This document shows, in pieces, positions 1 through 8,499 of a stretch of DNA of 64,000 nucleotides. This DNA comes from Blastopirellula marina DSM 3645. Lineage in GTDB: Bacteria; Planctomycetota; Planctomycetia; Pirellulales; Pirellulaceae. Made by a program: the position numbers and the translations under genes. Every line of letters begins with the position of its first letter. Position 1 is the first letter of the stretch. Location: positions 2,499,136 to 2,563,135 of the forward strand of contig NZ_CH672376.1 in the NCBI RefSeq assembly GCF_000153105.1. The letters are read 5' to 3'. The notes under the pieces are model-generated. The model saw only the letters and a list, made by a program, of their open reading frames with translations. It had not been told where the DNA came from and did no database searches.

Positions 1-2
1 TC

Positions 3-470
3 AACGCGTTCTGCTACGAACCGCCGATCATCGGCTTCTCGAGCGGCGGCCCGAAGGATAGCCAGCAGAACATCGCGGCGACCGGGGAGTTCGTCTTTAA
101 CTTGGTCACCAAAAAGCACGCCGCTGCCATGAACGAAACTTCGTTTCCGTTTGAGCATGGAATCAACGAGTTCGAGCAGGCCGGCCTAACCATGACCTCA
201 TCACGCTTGGTCCGACCGCCGCGCGTCACCGATACGCCGGTCGCATTCGAATGCAAGCTGTTGCAGATGCTGCCGCTGAAAGATTTGGATGGCAAAGCAA
301 CGCCCAACACGGTGATCTTTGGCCAGGTCGTCGCCGTTCACATCGACAAGGCGTTCTTGAAAGAGGGCCTGTTTGACATCGTCGCGGCGGGAACGGTGGG
401 ACGCTGTGGGTATTTGGCCGATTATGTGGAGGTGAAGGAACTATTTCAGATGGCGCGGCCAGGGGAGTAA
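3..470 (+). CDS. flavin reductase-like FMN-binding domain protein, 5'-truncated at window edge
   Basis: Frame continuous from nt 3 (NAFCYEPPIIGFSSGGPKD...GEFVFNLVTKKHAAAMNETSFPFEHGINEFEQAGL...), a split-barrel flavin reductase-like pattern; stop at 468-470. Confidence 0.55.
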   Translation, partial: NAFCYEPPIIGFSSGGPKDSQQNIAATGEFVFNLVTKKHAAAMNETSFPFEHGINEFEQAGLTMTSSRLVRPPRVTDTPVAFECKLLQMLPLKDLDGKATPNTVIFGQVVAVHIDKAFLKEGLFDIVAAGTVGRCGYLADYVEVKELFQMARPGE

Positions 471-787
471 TCGGCGACACATCGTTGTCTTGGCGCCTTT
501 TTCTTCAATCGCGATCGGCCTGCTGCAACTCTCTTTACTTGGCCGTTTGACGAGACAATGGATCCGAAAAAATGCATTCTGGATCGTGTTACCAAGCACT
601 GGGGGAAATGATCTTCCCTTAGGGGGTTCTTAGCAAATAATCCCCCCCATCTACTAGACGCAACTGTAAATGGCCATAAAATATCGGAACGCCCTTGCCA
701 CGCTGATGGCTGTATAGTTCATGGCCGTGATGGTGGTTGGCATTCTTTTCTCAACTCTTCGTTTTTTATCAAGAGGGGTCTTGTCTG

Positions 788-1825
788 ATGGTCGGTTTAC
801 CTCCCAATTCTCGCACGCGCAGCGGTTTCACCTTGGTGGAACTGTTGGTGGTGATCGCCATTATCGGCGTTCTAATCGCGTTATTGCTTCCAGCGGTGCA
901 GCAAGCGAGGGAAGCTGCTCGCAGGATGCGGTGCACCAATAATCTGAAGCAAATCGGGCTCGCGATCCATAACTTCCATGATACTTATAGCGGGCTTCCG
1001 CCGTGTGTTACCGGCGCAAAAGGGATGACGCTATGGGCCGTTCTGCTTCCCTACTTGGAGCAAGGGAATATCGCGGATCAACTCGATATGGAGGCCTCTA
1101 GCTACAAACGATCTAACTTTACGGATGTAGCAGGCGGGATAAGCGCTGAGTTTGAAGCGGCGACCGTTTCCAATAACAGCGTCCTCAAAGCGGCCGTCAT
1201 CGAGGGGTACCTATGCCCAACACGACGCTCAGCCGGCAATGGTTTCACGAGCAACGGTTACGTCGCAGGCGACTATGCGATCATCATGGCAGGGACAGGC
1301 GAGAAGTGGCGAATGTGGGTCGATCCTACCTCCACCAAACAGCGTCAAGGACTGCGAGTCGCAAGAACGACTAGTAATGCGAACGTAAGCGGCAGCGGGA
1401 CCGACCCGAATGCCGGCTGGCGTCCCCGCGACACCTTTGCTTGGCTCCGCGACGGCACCAGCAATACGGTGCTCATTGGGGAAAAGCATATCACGCCGGT
1501 CGAACTCGGCACGGCAGGTTCTCAATACCACAAGCTAAATGGCCGTGATGGGTGGCCCTACTGGAACGCCGCTGCCGGACCAAGCAGCTATGGCGAATAT
1601 TGGATCGCCGGTTCTGTCGACGCACCTGGCGGCATCGCCCCTTCGCCTCAATGGGGAGAAGAAGAGTTGGCGGACGATGTTTCCGCTTTGGGGAGTTGGC
1701 ATCCCGGTACTTGTAATTTTGTGTTTGGCGATGGATCCGTGAAGGGAATTGCCGCTACGGTCAACGCCGACATCCTTCTTGCCCTTGGCTATGCCGGAGA
1801 TGGAGAGGCAGTGACTTTACCATGA
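788..1825 (+). CDS. DUF1559 protein with prepilin-type N-terminal cleavage/methylation domain
   Basis: N-terminus [43 protein letters not shown] and C-terminus [18 protein letters not shown]; start taken at the Met before GFTLVELL within ORF 737..1825. Confidence 0.85.
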   Translation: MVGLPPNSRTRSGFTLVELLVVIAIIGVLIALLLPAVQQAREAARRMRCTNNLKQIGLAIHNFHDTYSGLPPCVTGAKGMTLWAVLLPYLEQGNIADQLDMEASSYKRSNFTDVAGGISAEFEAATVSNNSVLKAAVIEGYLCPTRRSAGNGFTSNGYVAGDYAIIMAGTGEKWRMWVDPTSTKQRQGLRVARTTSNANVSGSGTDPNAGWRPRDTFAWLRDGTSNTVLIGEKHITPVELGTAGSQYHKLNGRDGWPYWNAAAGPSSYGEYWIAGSVDAPGGIAPSPQWGEEELADDVSALGSWHPGTCNFVFGDGSVKGIAATVNADILLALGYAGDGEAVTLP

Positions 1826-2271
1826 TAAAATTTCAAGATCAGACGCAGCTTCAAAGATTCAAAGTTGTCTTCGCCGCGCTGTTGGCAATTCCCCTTGTCG
1901 GCAGCCTTGGGTGCGGCGGCAGAGCTACCGACCAGGTCACGGGAACCGTCCATTTTGCGGACGGCTCTCCACTGACGGCCGGTACCCTCATGCTTTATGG
2001 AGGAGAAGATCCCACCGTGCAACCGCGAGGATTGATCAAGTCGGACGGCACCTTCGAGCTGACCACTTTCGGAAACGAAGATGGCGCACCGCGCGGGACG
2101 TACCGTGTGGCGATTGTCAACGCGAAGTCGGCTCCGCCGGCGGATTGGGGAGAACGCCCCTTCAATCGGCAGCTGTTAATCCATTCCAAGTATGAGAAAC
2201 CGGAGACCTCCGGACTCGAATTCAAAATCCCCGACAACACCCACTGGGATATCACCGTCGAAAAGCCGTAA
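1822..2271 (+). CDS. small lipoprotein, carboxypeptidase-regulatory/transthyretin-like, partner of DUF1559
   Basis: ATGA overlap with the upstream stop; signal plus lipobox LVGSLGCGG; [13 protein letters not shown]...DGTFEL motif shared with four paralogous partners in this window. Confidence 0.75.
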   Translation: MIKFQDQTQLQRFKVVFAALLAIPLVGSLGCGGRATDQVTGTVHFADGSPLTAGTLMLYGGEDPTVQPRGLIKSDGTFELTTFGNEDGAPRGTYRVAIVNAKSAPPADWGERPFNRQLLIHSKYEKPETSGLEFKIPDNTHWDITVEKP

Positions 2272-2301
2272 AGGCGGCGACGGTTGAGCAAACCACGAAA
2301 A

Positions 2302-2329
2302 GGGCCGACATCCTGTCGGCCCTTTTTTT
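2302..2329 (+). terminator. rho-independent terminator
   Basis: GGGCCGACA-tcc-TGTCGGCCC perfect 9-bp stem followed by TTTTTTT, 30 nt after the stop at 2271. Confidence 0.7.
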
Positions 2330-2425
2330 ATCGTCGTCGCGCCGGCACGGTGGGCGCTGCGGGCGCCCAGCGGATGAGGTGGAAGTGAAGGAGTTGTTAC
2401 TGATGAAGCGCCCTGGGGAGAGTGA

Positions 2426-2818
2426 ATGACCAGGAAAATAAGGAGGCGGCAAACAGGGTCTCAAGCGATGAATCCAACCGAATTTGCACAAGCGATTCAA
2501 ATGCTGCGTAGCGAGGATCCCATGACGTATGAAGAAGGATATCACTGGCTTCAAGGGGACAATCTAATTCAGCACATCGACGAGATTGTCGTGCTGCTGC
2601 AGGCCGAGACGGATCCTCCGACGCGAGCCAAGTTCGTCGAGCTGCTCGGAGACGCGGACTTGGCTCAATACGTGCCGCGACTGGTCCAGGAACTTTCCCA
2701 CGACTGCCGAGAAGTGCGATTTTGGGCCTACAATCAGCTTTCCCTTTCAGAGCATTTGATCGCGAGAGAACAGGCGGACGCCTATCGTTTGACCCATCCC
2801 GGCGAAGACTTTTTTTAG
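2426..2818 (+). CDS. hypothetical protein, HEAT-repeat-like
   Basis: ORF with helical-repeat-like composition; alternative start at the Met of MNPTEF (~2468). Confidence 0.4.
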   Translation: MTRKIRRRQTGSQAMNPTEFAQAIQMLRSEDPMTYEEGYHWLQGDNLIQHIDEIVVLLQAETDPPTRAKFVELLGDADLAQYVPRLVQELSHDCREVRFWAYNQLSLSEHLIAREQADAYRLTHPGEDFF

Positions 2819-2870
2819 GCCGGGTGACGTTGCTAAGGAAGACGGAGCAACGGCGCCTGGGATGCTGTGC

Positions 2871-3686
2871 CTAATACCGACATAAAGTTGTGTCTGCTTT
2901 GCTCCAGGGCATCACATCGCTACCGCAAAACTTTTGCTGACGCGTTGATAACCAAAACGAAAAGAAACGGCATTGAATGGAGTCGAGATCGTCTCGAACC
3001 ACAAACTTCGGTTCAGAGAGGCGATCAGTGTCGATTTCCAGAAACGTCATGGACTGGATCGTCTAGCACATTCTGGGAAAAAGCGGCCAAGCCCCCGCGA
3101 ATGACAGGCAAAGCTTGGCGTTCATGTCTTCCATGTCTTCGCGATAGAGCGTGTAAACGGACATCTCTCCGAAACGCTGAAATTCCTGCAGGGCAATTTC
3201 ACATCCCGCCAGATCGTTTGATATCTCGACTCCCGTTGGCAGTTGCAGCGGAAACGACATTTTGATTCCATCTGCCGTCATTGAAATACCTTTGAAAAAG
3301 TCTCGGTTGTGCAGCTTTCGCTCTGCTCAAGATAAGTCAGGATTGTCGCAGTCGTTAAAAAATTCGCATTTCACGGTATACGTCATCGCTCTTTCTTCAG
3401 GCATCTTGACGAGTATGCCGGCTTCAAAAAGTTCGCCTAAAATGCGGTGCGCCGATGGTCTACTGGAATCCGGTGCTTCCCAAAATCGTAATATGCCTTC
3501 CGCATTTACCACGGTATCGAGTTCGATCCAATCCATTGATTTTACGAAGCGATCCCGCGGAGCGCGGAATGAACGATTGTTTGCCTCGAGCCATGCAATG
3601 TAGCGCAGTCTTACTTGTTCCAAATCGATCTTCTGGTTTTCCATGAAATTGGCCCGGTTGCTGGATGGGAATACCAGAGGGATCAA
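2871..3686 (-). pseudogene. hypothetical gene interrupted by two in-frame stops (TGA at 3327-3329, TAG at 3063-3065) inside an AT-rich island
   Basis: Segments 3686-3330, 3326-3066 and 3062-2874 lie in one continuous frame (coordinate differences are multiples of 3; verified by manual translation); local GC is visibly below its surroundings. Confidence 0.35.
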
Positions 3687-4108
3687 AAGACTGATTGGTT
3701 AGCGATCTCTAAAACAAGTGAAGTACAAAATGAAATGTCCACGCTCAAAGCGACCGCTATTCCCAGGGAGCTCTCTTCTTTGCGACGGGCCGCAAGCTGT
3801 CCGATAACGCATCCGACGATGATCCCGGTCCATGTGGGCCAGTGTCGCCCGATAACATGCGTCAATAGTTCATCGACTTCATAAGCTGCCCAAGCGTTCG
3901 GTCTTCCGGTCATTGTCGGCGCTGCCACGATCGCGGCAAATGCGGCGGTCGTCACCAATACGAAGAACTCTCGCTTCTTGGTGGAAAGGACGAAACCGAT
4001 CACCGCTACTACCGCGCAGGAGAGGAAGAGGCCGTCCCCCTGCATGGCGATTTGACCGAGTTTCGCCAAGAGATCCGCCATCGATACCGCCTTGGGCGAG
4101 TAAGACAA
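3683..4108 (-). CDS. hypothetical membrane protein
   Basis: Hydrophobic segments; stop overlaps the start of the downstream ORF (ATGA at 3683-3686). Confidence 0.4.
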   Translation of the reverse strand: MSYSPKAVSMADLLAKLGQIAMQGDGLFLSCAVVAVIGFVLSTKKREFFVLVTTAAFAAIVAAPTMTGRPNAWAAYEVDELLTHVIGRHWPTWTGIIVGCVIGQLAARRKEESSLGIAVALSVDISFCTSLVLEIANQSVF

Positions 4109-4166
4109 ATCCGGCCCTTCGACTCCGTTCAGTCACGCACAATCGTGGCCCCAGCGCCTGTGCTTC

Positions 4167-4607
4167 TTACTTGGATTTCAGGTCGAAGTTGATTTCGTTT
4201 CGTTTGTCTTCGACAGTCGCCGTCAATTCGGTTTTGCGATTGTAGCGGGCCGGCAGCATTTCCATATCGGCTTCGCTCACTCCGGCGAACTCTCCTCGCT
4301 TACCGGTTGAGGGTTTGTTCTTGGTGATGAAGACCCGGTTCTCGCCTAATTTGGCGCCACCGCGTCGCGCGGCGTAGTAAAGCTCGTACTTGCCGTACTC
4401 GTCCGTGAAGCCGCTTCCCGAACTTCCCGTCCCTGGGGGAACGAAGGAAATTTGCGCATCCGGCAGCGGTTGCCCATCCAGCGTCACCGTTCCTGAAACG
4501 GGTTTATATTCAGGGTCAATCTGATCGCCGCCGCATCCCCAGGTGAGGACCAGCAGCAGTCCCATCGTCGGCCAGCATCCCCGCCAACATCGATAAAGAA
4601 TCCGCAT
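4167..4607 (-). CDS. small lipoprotein, carboxypeptidase-regulatory-like, partner of DUF1559
   Basis: MRILYRCW...LVLTWGCGG lipobox; VSGTVTLDGQPLPDAQISF...DEYGKYEL motif; lies 22 nt downstream of the DUF1559 gene. Confidence 0.7.
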   Translation of the reverse strand: MRILYRCWRGCWPTMGLLLVLTWGCGGDQIDPEYKPVSGTVTLDGQPLPDAQISFVPPGTGSSGSGFTDEYGKYELYYAARRGGAKLGENRVFITKNKPSTGKRGEFAGVSEADMEMLPARYNRKTELTATVEDKRNEINFDLKSK

Positions 4608-4629
4608 GAAGTTTTCTCTCGGCTGTTGG

Positions 4630-5664
4630 TTAGGGCATCGTGACAGGCTGACCATCCGCGCGGTGCAAGAGATAGTCGAATACGCACTCACCCCCAAACG
4701 CCGGCCACGTTTGGACTTTATGCTCGATTGTCTCCGGCAGGAATCTTACCGAACCATCTCCCAGGGCGAAGTTGGCGCCGCCGGGGTGTTGGCTGCTAAA
4801 CGAGCGTCGCGAATAGTCGTAGGTCGCGCCGGTCGCTTCGTTGATACGTGCGCGAGCGCTCGCCAGGGCGCCTGTGTGTACCCAGTTCGCGGTCGAATCT
4901 GCAGATTGGTCATAGAGGGAGCTTGCCCCTGCCCACGTCGCTGCGCCGGCCACGACTTGCGTGCCGTTGTTTGCGTTCAGGACCCAGGCGCGTTCGCCAA
5001 AGAAGATCGTGTTCGAGAGCCCGTCCACGATATCGGCGAACCGCAGCGGCGGGTGTTTGAGGTACGAATATTCTCCAACCGGAACCAACGGTCCGGTGCC
5101 GTAATTACGGTCCCAACGCGGTAGATTGCGGTGCCCTGAGTTGCCGACGTAAGAACTGGATGCGGCCGGCACGCCGACGCCGCCTGTAACGGGGAGCAAT
5201 CCGCGAATGTTCTCGCTATCTTCGTCGCAGCCCACATTCAAGTCGGGCATGGTCGAGCTGGGACAGCGATAACCGGTGATCGGCGTCTGAATCACGGCCA
5301 GTTTGTTTGCGTCATTGATCGCCGCTCGTAAGTGATTGGCGGTATCCTGCAAATCATTGAGTTCCAGTTGCTCGTACATCGCGTTCTGTTCGATGAAGGG
5401 AAGCAGAAACGCTCCCCAGCCCCAATGCGCCGACAAATCAGATATTCCAGTCCCATCGCCGCGCTGGGTTCCCTGCACGATATTGCCGTAGGTGCTTTCA
5501 AAGTTGTGCGTCGCCAACATGATCTGCTTCAAATTGTTAGTGCACTGCATCCGCCGGGCCGCCTCGCGCGCTTGTTGCACCGCCGGCAACAACAAAGCGA
5601 TCAAAACGCCGATGATCGCAATCACGACCAACAATTCAACCAGAGTGAAACCCCTGCGAGACAT
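4630..5664 (-). CDS. DUF1559 protein with prepilin-type N-terminal methylation domain
   Basis: [47 protein letters not shown] ... SQHPGGANFALGDGSVRF. Confidence 0.85.
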   Translation of the reverse strand: MSRRGFTLVELLVVIAIIGVLIALLLPAVQQAREAARRMQCTNNLKQIMLATHNFESTYGNIVQGTQRGDGTGISDLSAHWGWGAFLLPFIEQNAMYEQLELNDLQDTANHLRAAINDANKLAVIQTPITGYRCPSSTMPDLNVGCDEDSENIRGLLPVTGGVGVPAASSSYVGNSGHRNLPRWDRNYGTGPLVPVGEYSYLKHPPLRFADIVDGLSNTIFFGERAWVLNANNGTQVVAGAATWAGASSLYDQSADSTANWVHTGALASARARINEATGATYDYSRRSFSSQHPGGANFALGDGSVRFLPETIEHKVQTWPAFGGECVFDYLLHRADGQPVTMP

Positions 5665-5902
5665 GATGGATTTTTCCTGAAGGGAGTGGAAATCGGGGTA
5701 ATCGCCAAGTGGCGGGGCGATCCAGGCCTGTATGTATGTTACCAGATAAATCCTGTTTGTAATTAGACTTGGCGCCGCAATGGCGCCGCGCAGCCTTCTG
5801 GCGGCGACGCGGCCGCCTGCTGATCTGATTCGCAAGATCTGTTACCCTAGCCGTTTACGAATTTCTTCCCTTACAAGCCCCTATTCCACCCAAACGCGCC
5901 GC

Positions 5903-7156
5903 ATGGATGTTGACGTTCCCTCGTGGGAAGCCGCTGGAGAGAAGCCGCCGGTTTTGACCGTGGCGCAGCTGACGGCGCTGATTAAAGGGACGCTGGAGAC
6001 GGCGTTTCCGGCGGTTTGGGTCAGCGGTGAGATCTCGAATCTGGCGCAGCCGCGGTCTGGGCATATCTATCTGACCCTCAAGGATGACGCGGCCCAGATT
6101 CGCGCGGTGATGTGGAAAGGGACGGCGTCGAAGCTCAACTTTGATCTGGAAGATGGGCAGCAGGTGATCTGCCGCGGCGATTTGGACGTTTACGCGCCGC
6201 GCGGCAGTTATCAACTGGTGATCCGCCAGATCGAGCCGCAAGGAGTCGGCGCGTTACAGCTGGCCCTGCAAAAGCTGCAGCAGAAGTTGGCGGCTGAAGG
6301 GTTGTTTGATCCTGGATTAAAGCGTCCCCTGCCCCGCTTTCCGCGGCGGATTGTGGTGGTGACCAGTCCAACCGGCGCGGCGATCCGTGACTTTCTCGAA
6401 GTATTGCGCCGGCGATGGCGCGGCGCCGATGTGCTGGTGATCCCGACACGCGTGCAAGGCGCTGGAGCCGCGGCCGAAATTGCCGCCGCGATCAAGAAGG
6501 CGGCCAAGCTGCGTCCCCGGGCCGATGTGTTGGTCGCGACCCGCGGCGGCGGCAGCATGGAAGATCTGTGGTGCTTTAATGAAGAGCCGGTGGTTCGCGC
6601 GATTGCCGAGTGCGAGATTCCGGTGATCTCGGCCGTGGGGCACGAGATTGACGTGACGCTGAGCGACCTAGCGGCCGACGTGCGCGCGCTGACTCCCAGC
6701 GAAGCGGCCGAGCTATGCGTTCCTTCGCAAAGCGAAGTGAGCGAGGCGCTCGACAACTATCGCGTGCGGCTCTCGCAGTCGCTGCGGCAACGCGCCCAAA
6801 TGGCGCGGCGCCGGTTGGATGCGTTGGCCGAACGACGGGCCTTTATTAGGCCGTTCTCGCTCGTCCATGATGCGCAGCGCTTGTTGGATGGTTGGGACGA
6901 ACGATTGTTGGCGGCGATGCGGCGGCAGTTGCAAGTGAATCAGCAGCGAGTTCGCCAGACGACGGCGCGGCTTGAGGCGCTTTCGCCGTTGGCGGTGTTG
7001 GCTCGCGGGTACAGCGTCACCCGCAACTTGGATGGCGGCGTACTTAAGAAGGCCGAAGATGTCGCGGTGGGCGACGAAATTGAAACCATCTTGCCCTCGG
7101 GGCGACTGACCAGTCGCGTCGAGTCGGTTGATTCTGAGCAGAAGAAAGCAGAGTAA
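5903..7156 (+). CDS. xseA: exodeoxyribonuclease VII large subunit
   Basis: LTVAQLTALIKGTLETAFPAVWVSGEISN, OB-fold N-terminus and catalytic domain pattern; 1-nt overlap (TAATG) with xseB. Confidence 0.9.
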   Translation: MDVDVPSWEAAGEKPPVLTVAQLTALIKGTLETAFPAVWVSGEISNLAQPRSGHIYLTLKDDAAQIRAVMWKGTASKLNFDLEDGQQVICRGDLDVYAPRGSYQLVIRQIEPQGVGALQLALQKLQQKLAAEGLFDPGLKRPLPRFPRRIVVVTSPTGAAIRDFLEVLRRRWRGADVLVIPTRVQGAGAAAEIAAAIKKAAKLRPRADVLVATRGGGSMEDLWCFNEEPVVRAIAECEIPVISAVGHEIDVTLSDLAADVRALTPSEAAELCVPSQSEVSEALDNYRVRLSQSLRQRAQMARRRLDALAERRAFIRPFSLVHDAQRLLDGWDERLLAAMRRQLQVNQQRVRQTTARLEALSPLAVLARGYSVTRNLDGGVLKKAEDVAVGDEIETILPSGRLTSRVESVDSEQKKAE

Positions 7157-7515
7157 TGGCGAAAAAGAAGACGAGCGGTGATGCGGCCGATGCGCCCGCG
7201 TTTGAAGAAGAACTGGCGACGCTAGAAACGTTGGTTCGCCGACTGGAGTCTGGCGAAGCGGGACTGGAAGAGTCGCTGAAGCTGTATGAACAGGGAGTCG
7301 GCAAGCTGAAATCTTGCTACGGCTTACTCCAACGGGCCGAACGCAAGATCGAGGTCCTCTCTGGTTTTAATGCCGACGGAGAGCCGGTGACCGACGATTT
7401 TGACGAAGGGGAGACGACTTTGGCCGAAAAGGCGGAGTCGCGGACCAAGCGTCGCGGCGGCAAGGCCCGCACCGATGAGGGAGACGAGATAGACGAAGGG
7501 CCCAGACTTTTTTAA
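7156..7515 (+). CDS. xseB: exodeoxyribonuclease VII small subunit
   Basis: FEEELATLETLVRRLESGEAGLEESLKLYEQGVGKLKSC, typical XseB; translationally coupled to xseA. Confidence 0.85.
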   Translation: MAKKKTSGDAADAPAFEEELATLETLVRRLESGEAGLEESLKLYEQGVGKLKSCYGLLQRAERKIEVLSGFNADGEPVTDDFDEGETTLAEKAESRTKRRGGKARTDEGDEIDEGPRLF

Positions 7516-7588
7516 GATACCTTTATCGCTTTGAACGAAATGGTTTACGGCGTGATGACGCACTTCACGCCCCTCCAGATGAGTACGA

Positions 7589-8494
7589 TTGCCTGACATG
7601 ACGTCTGCCTCGCTCGCTACGCTGCATGAATACTCGGACACCTTGCGAGATGAGGTCGATCAGGCTCTCAATGTCTATAGCAGTTTTGGCGAGGGCTGCC
7701 CGGATCGCCTGCAAGAGGCGATTCGCTATAGCCTTTTGGCGCCCGGCAAGCGATTACGGCCTTTGCTAACGTTAATGGCCGCCGAGACTTGCGGTTCTGA
7801 TAGAACGCAGGCAATGCCGTCTGCTTGTGCGGTTGAAATGATCCATGCCTATTCGCTGATCCACGACGATTTGCCGGCGATGGACGACGACGATCTGCGT
7901 CGCGGTCGGCCGACCTGTCACAAGGCGTTTGACGAAGCGACCGCGATTTTGGCGGGTGACGCCTTATTGGCGCGAGCCTTAGAGATCGTCGCGGATGGTT
8001 ACCAAGATCCCCTCGTCGCGGCTCGATCTTGCCGAGAATTGGCGAAAGCGGCCGGAGCCACAGCCCTGGTGGGTGGTCAGGCGGACGATTTAAACGAACA
8101 ATTTGGAAGCGGCGACGTGGAAATGCTGAAAGCGATCCACCGCCGCAAGACGGGCGCGATGATTTGCGTCTCGCTACGGTTGGGCGCGATCGCCGCTGGA
8201 GCCGATGACCAACAGGTCGCCCAATTAAACTTGTATGGAGAGCAAATCGGTCTGGCTTTTCAGATTGTGGATGATTTGCTCGACTATGCAGGGGACGAAG
8301 CGGCGCTGGGAAAACGCGTTGGCAAAGACGCCGAACGTGGAAAATTGACCTACCCCGGACTGATCGGCGTCGCAGAAAGCCGCCGCCAGGCCGAATCGCT
8401 GATAGCGGGAGCCAAGCAATCGCTGGCCGATTTTGGCGAGCGAGCCAACCACTTGGAAGCGTTGGCGCAGTACATCCTGGAAAGGAACCACTAA
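7589..8494 (+). CDS. ispA: polyprenyl diphosphate synthase (farnesyl/geranylgeranyl diphosphate synthase)
   Basis: Two aspartate-rich motifs, LIHDDLPAMDDDDLRRG and FQIVDDLLD; sits in the canonical xseB-ispA-dxs arrangement. Confidence 0.85.
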   Translation: MPDMTSASLATLHEYSDTLRDEVDQALNVYSSFGEGCPDRLQEAIRYSLLAPGKRLRPLLTLMAAETCGSDRTQAMPSACAVEMIHAYSLIHDDLPAMDDDDLRRGRPTCHKAFDEATAILAGDALLARALEIVADGYQDPLVAARSCRELAKAAGATALVGGQADDLNEQFGSGDVEMLKAIHRRKTGAMICVSLRLGAIAAGADDQQVAQLNLYGEQIGLAFQIVDDLLDYAGDEAALGKRVGKDAERGKLTYPGLIGVAESRRQAESLIAGAKQSLADFGERANHLEALAQYILERNH

Positions 8495-8499
8495 ACGAG

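Noticed and set aside
2867-3265. 132-aa plus-strand ORF in the AT-rich island
   Set aside because: Opposite strand of the three-segment interrupted frame; no start context or domain; likely noise
3327-3329. In-frame TGA as a selenocysteine codon
   Set aside because: No convincing SECIS hairpin immediately downstream; a second in-frame TAG 264 nt further on favours a pseudogene; the SelA-like gene at 63 kb lacks the catalytic Lys, so it does not support Sec
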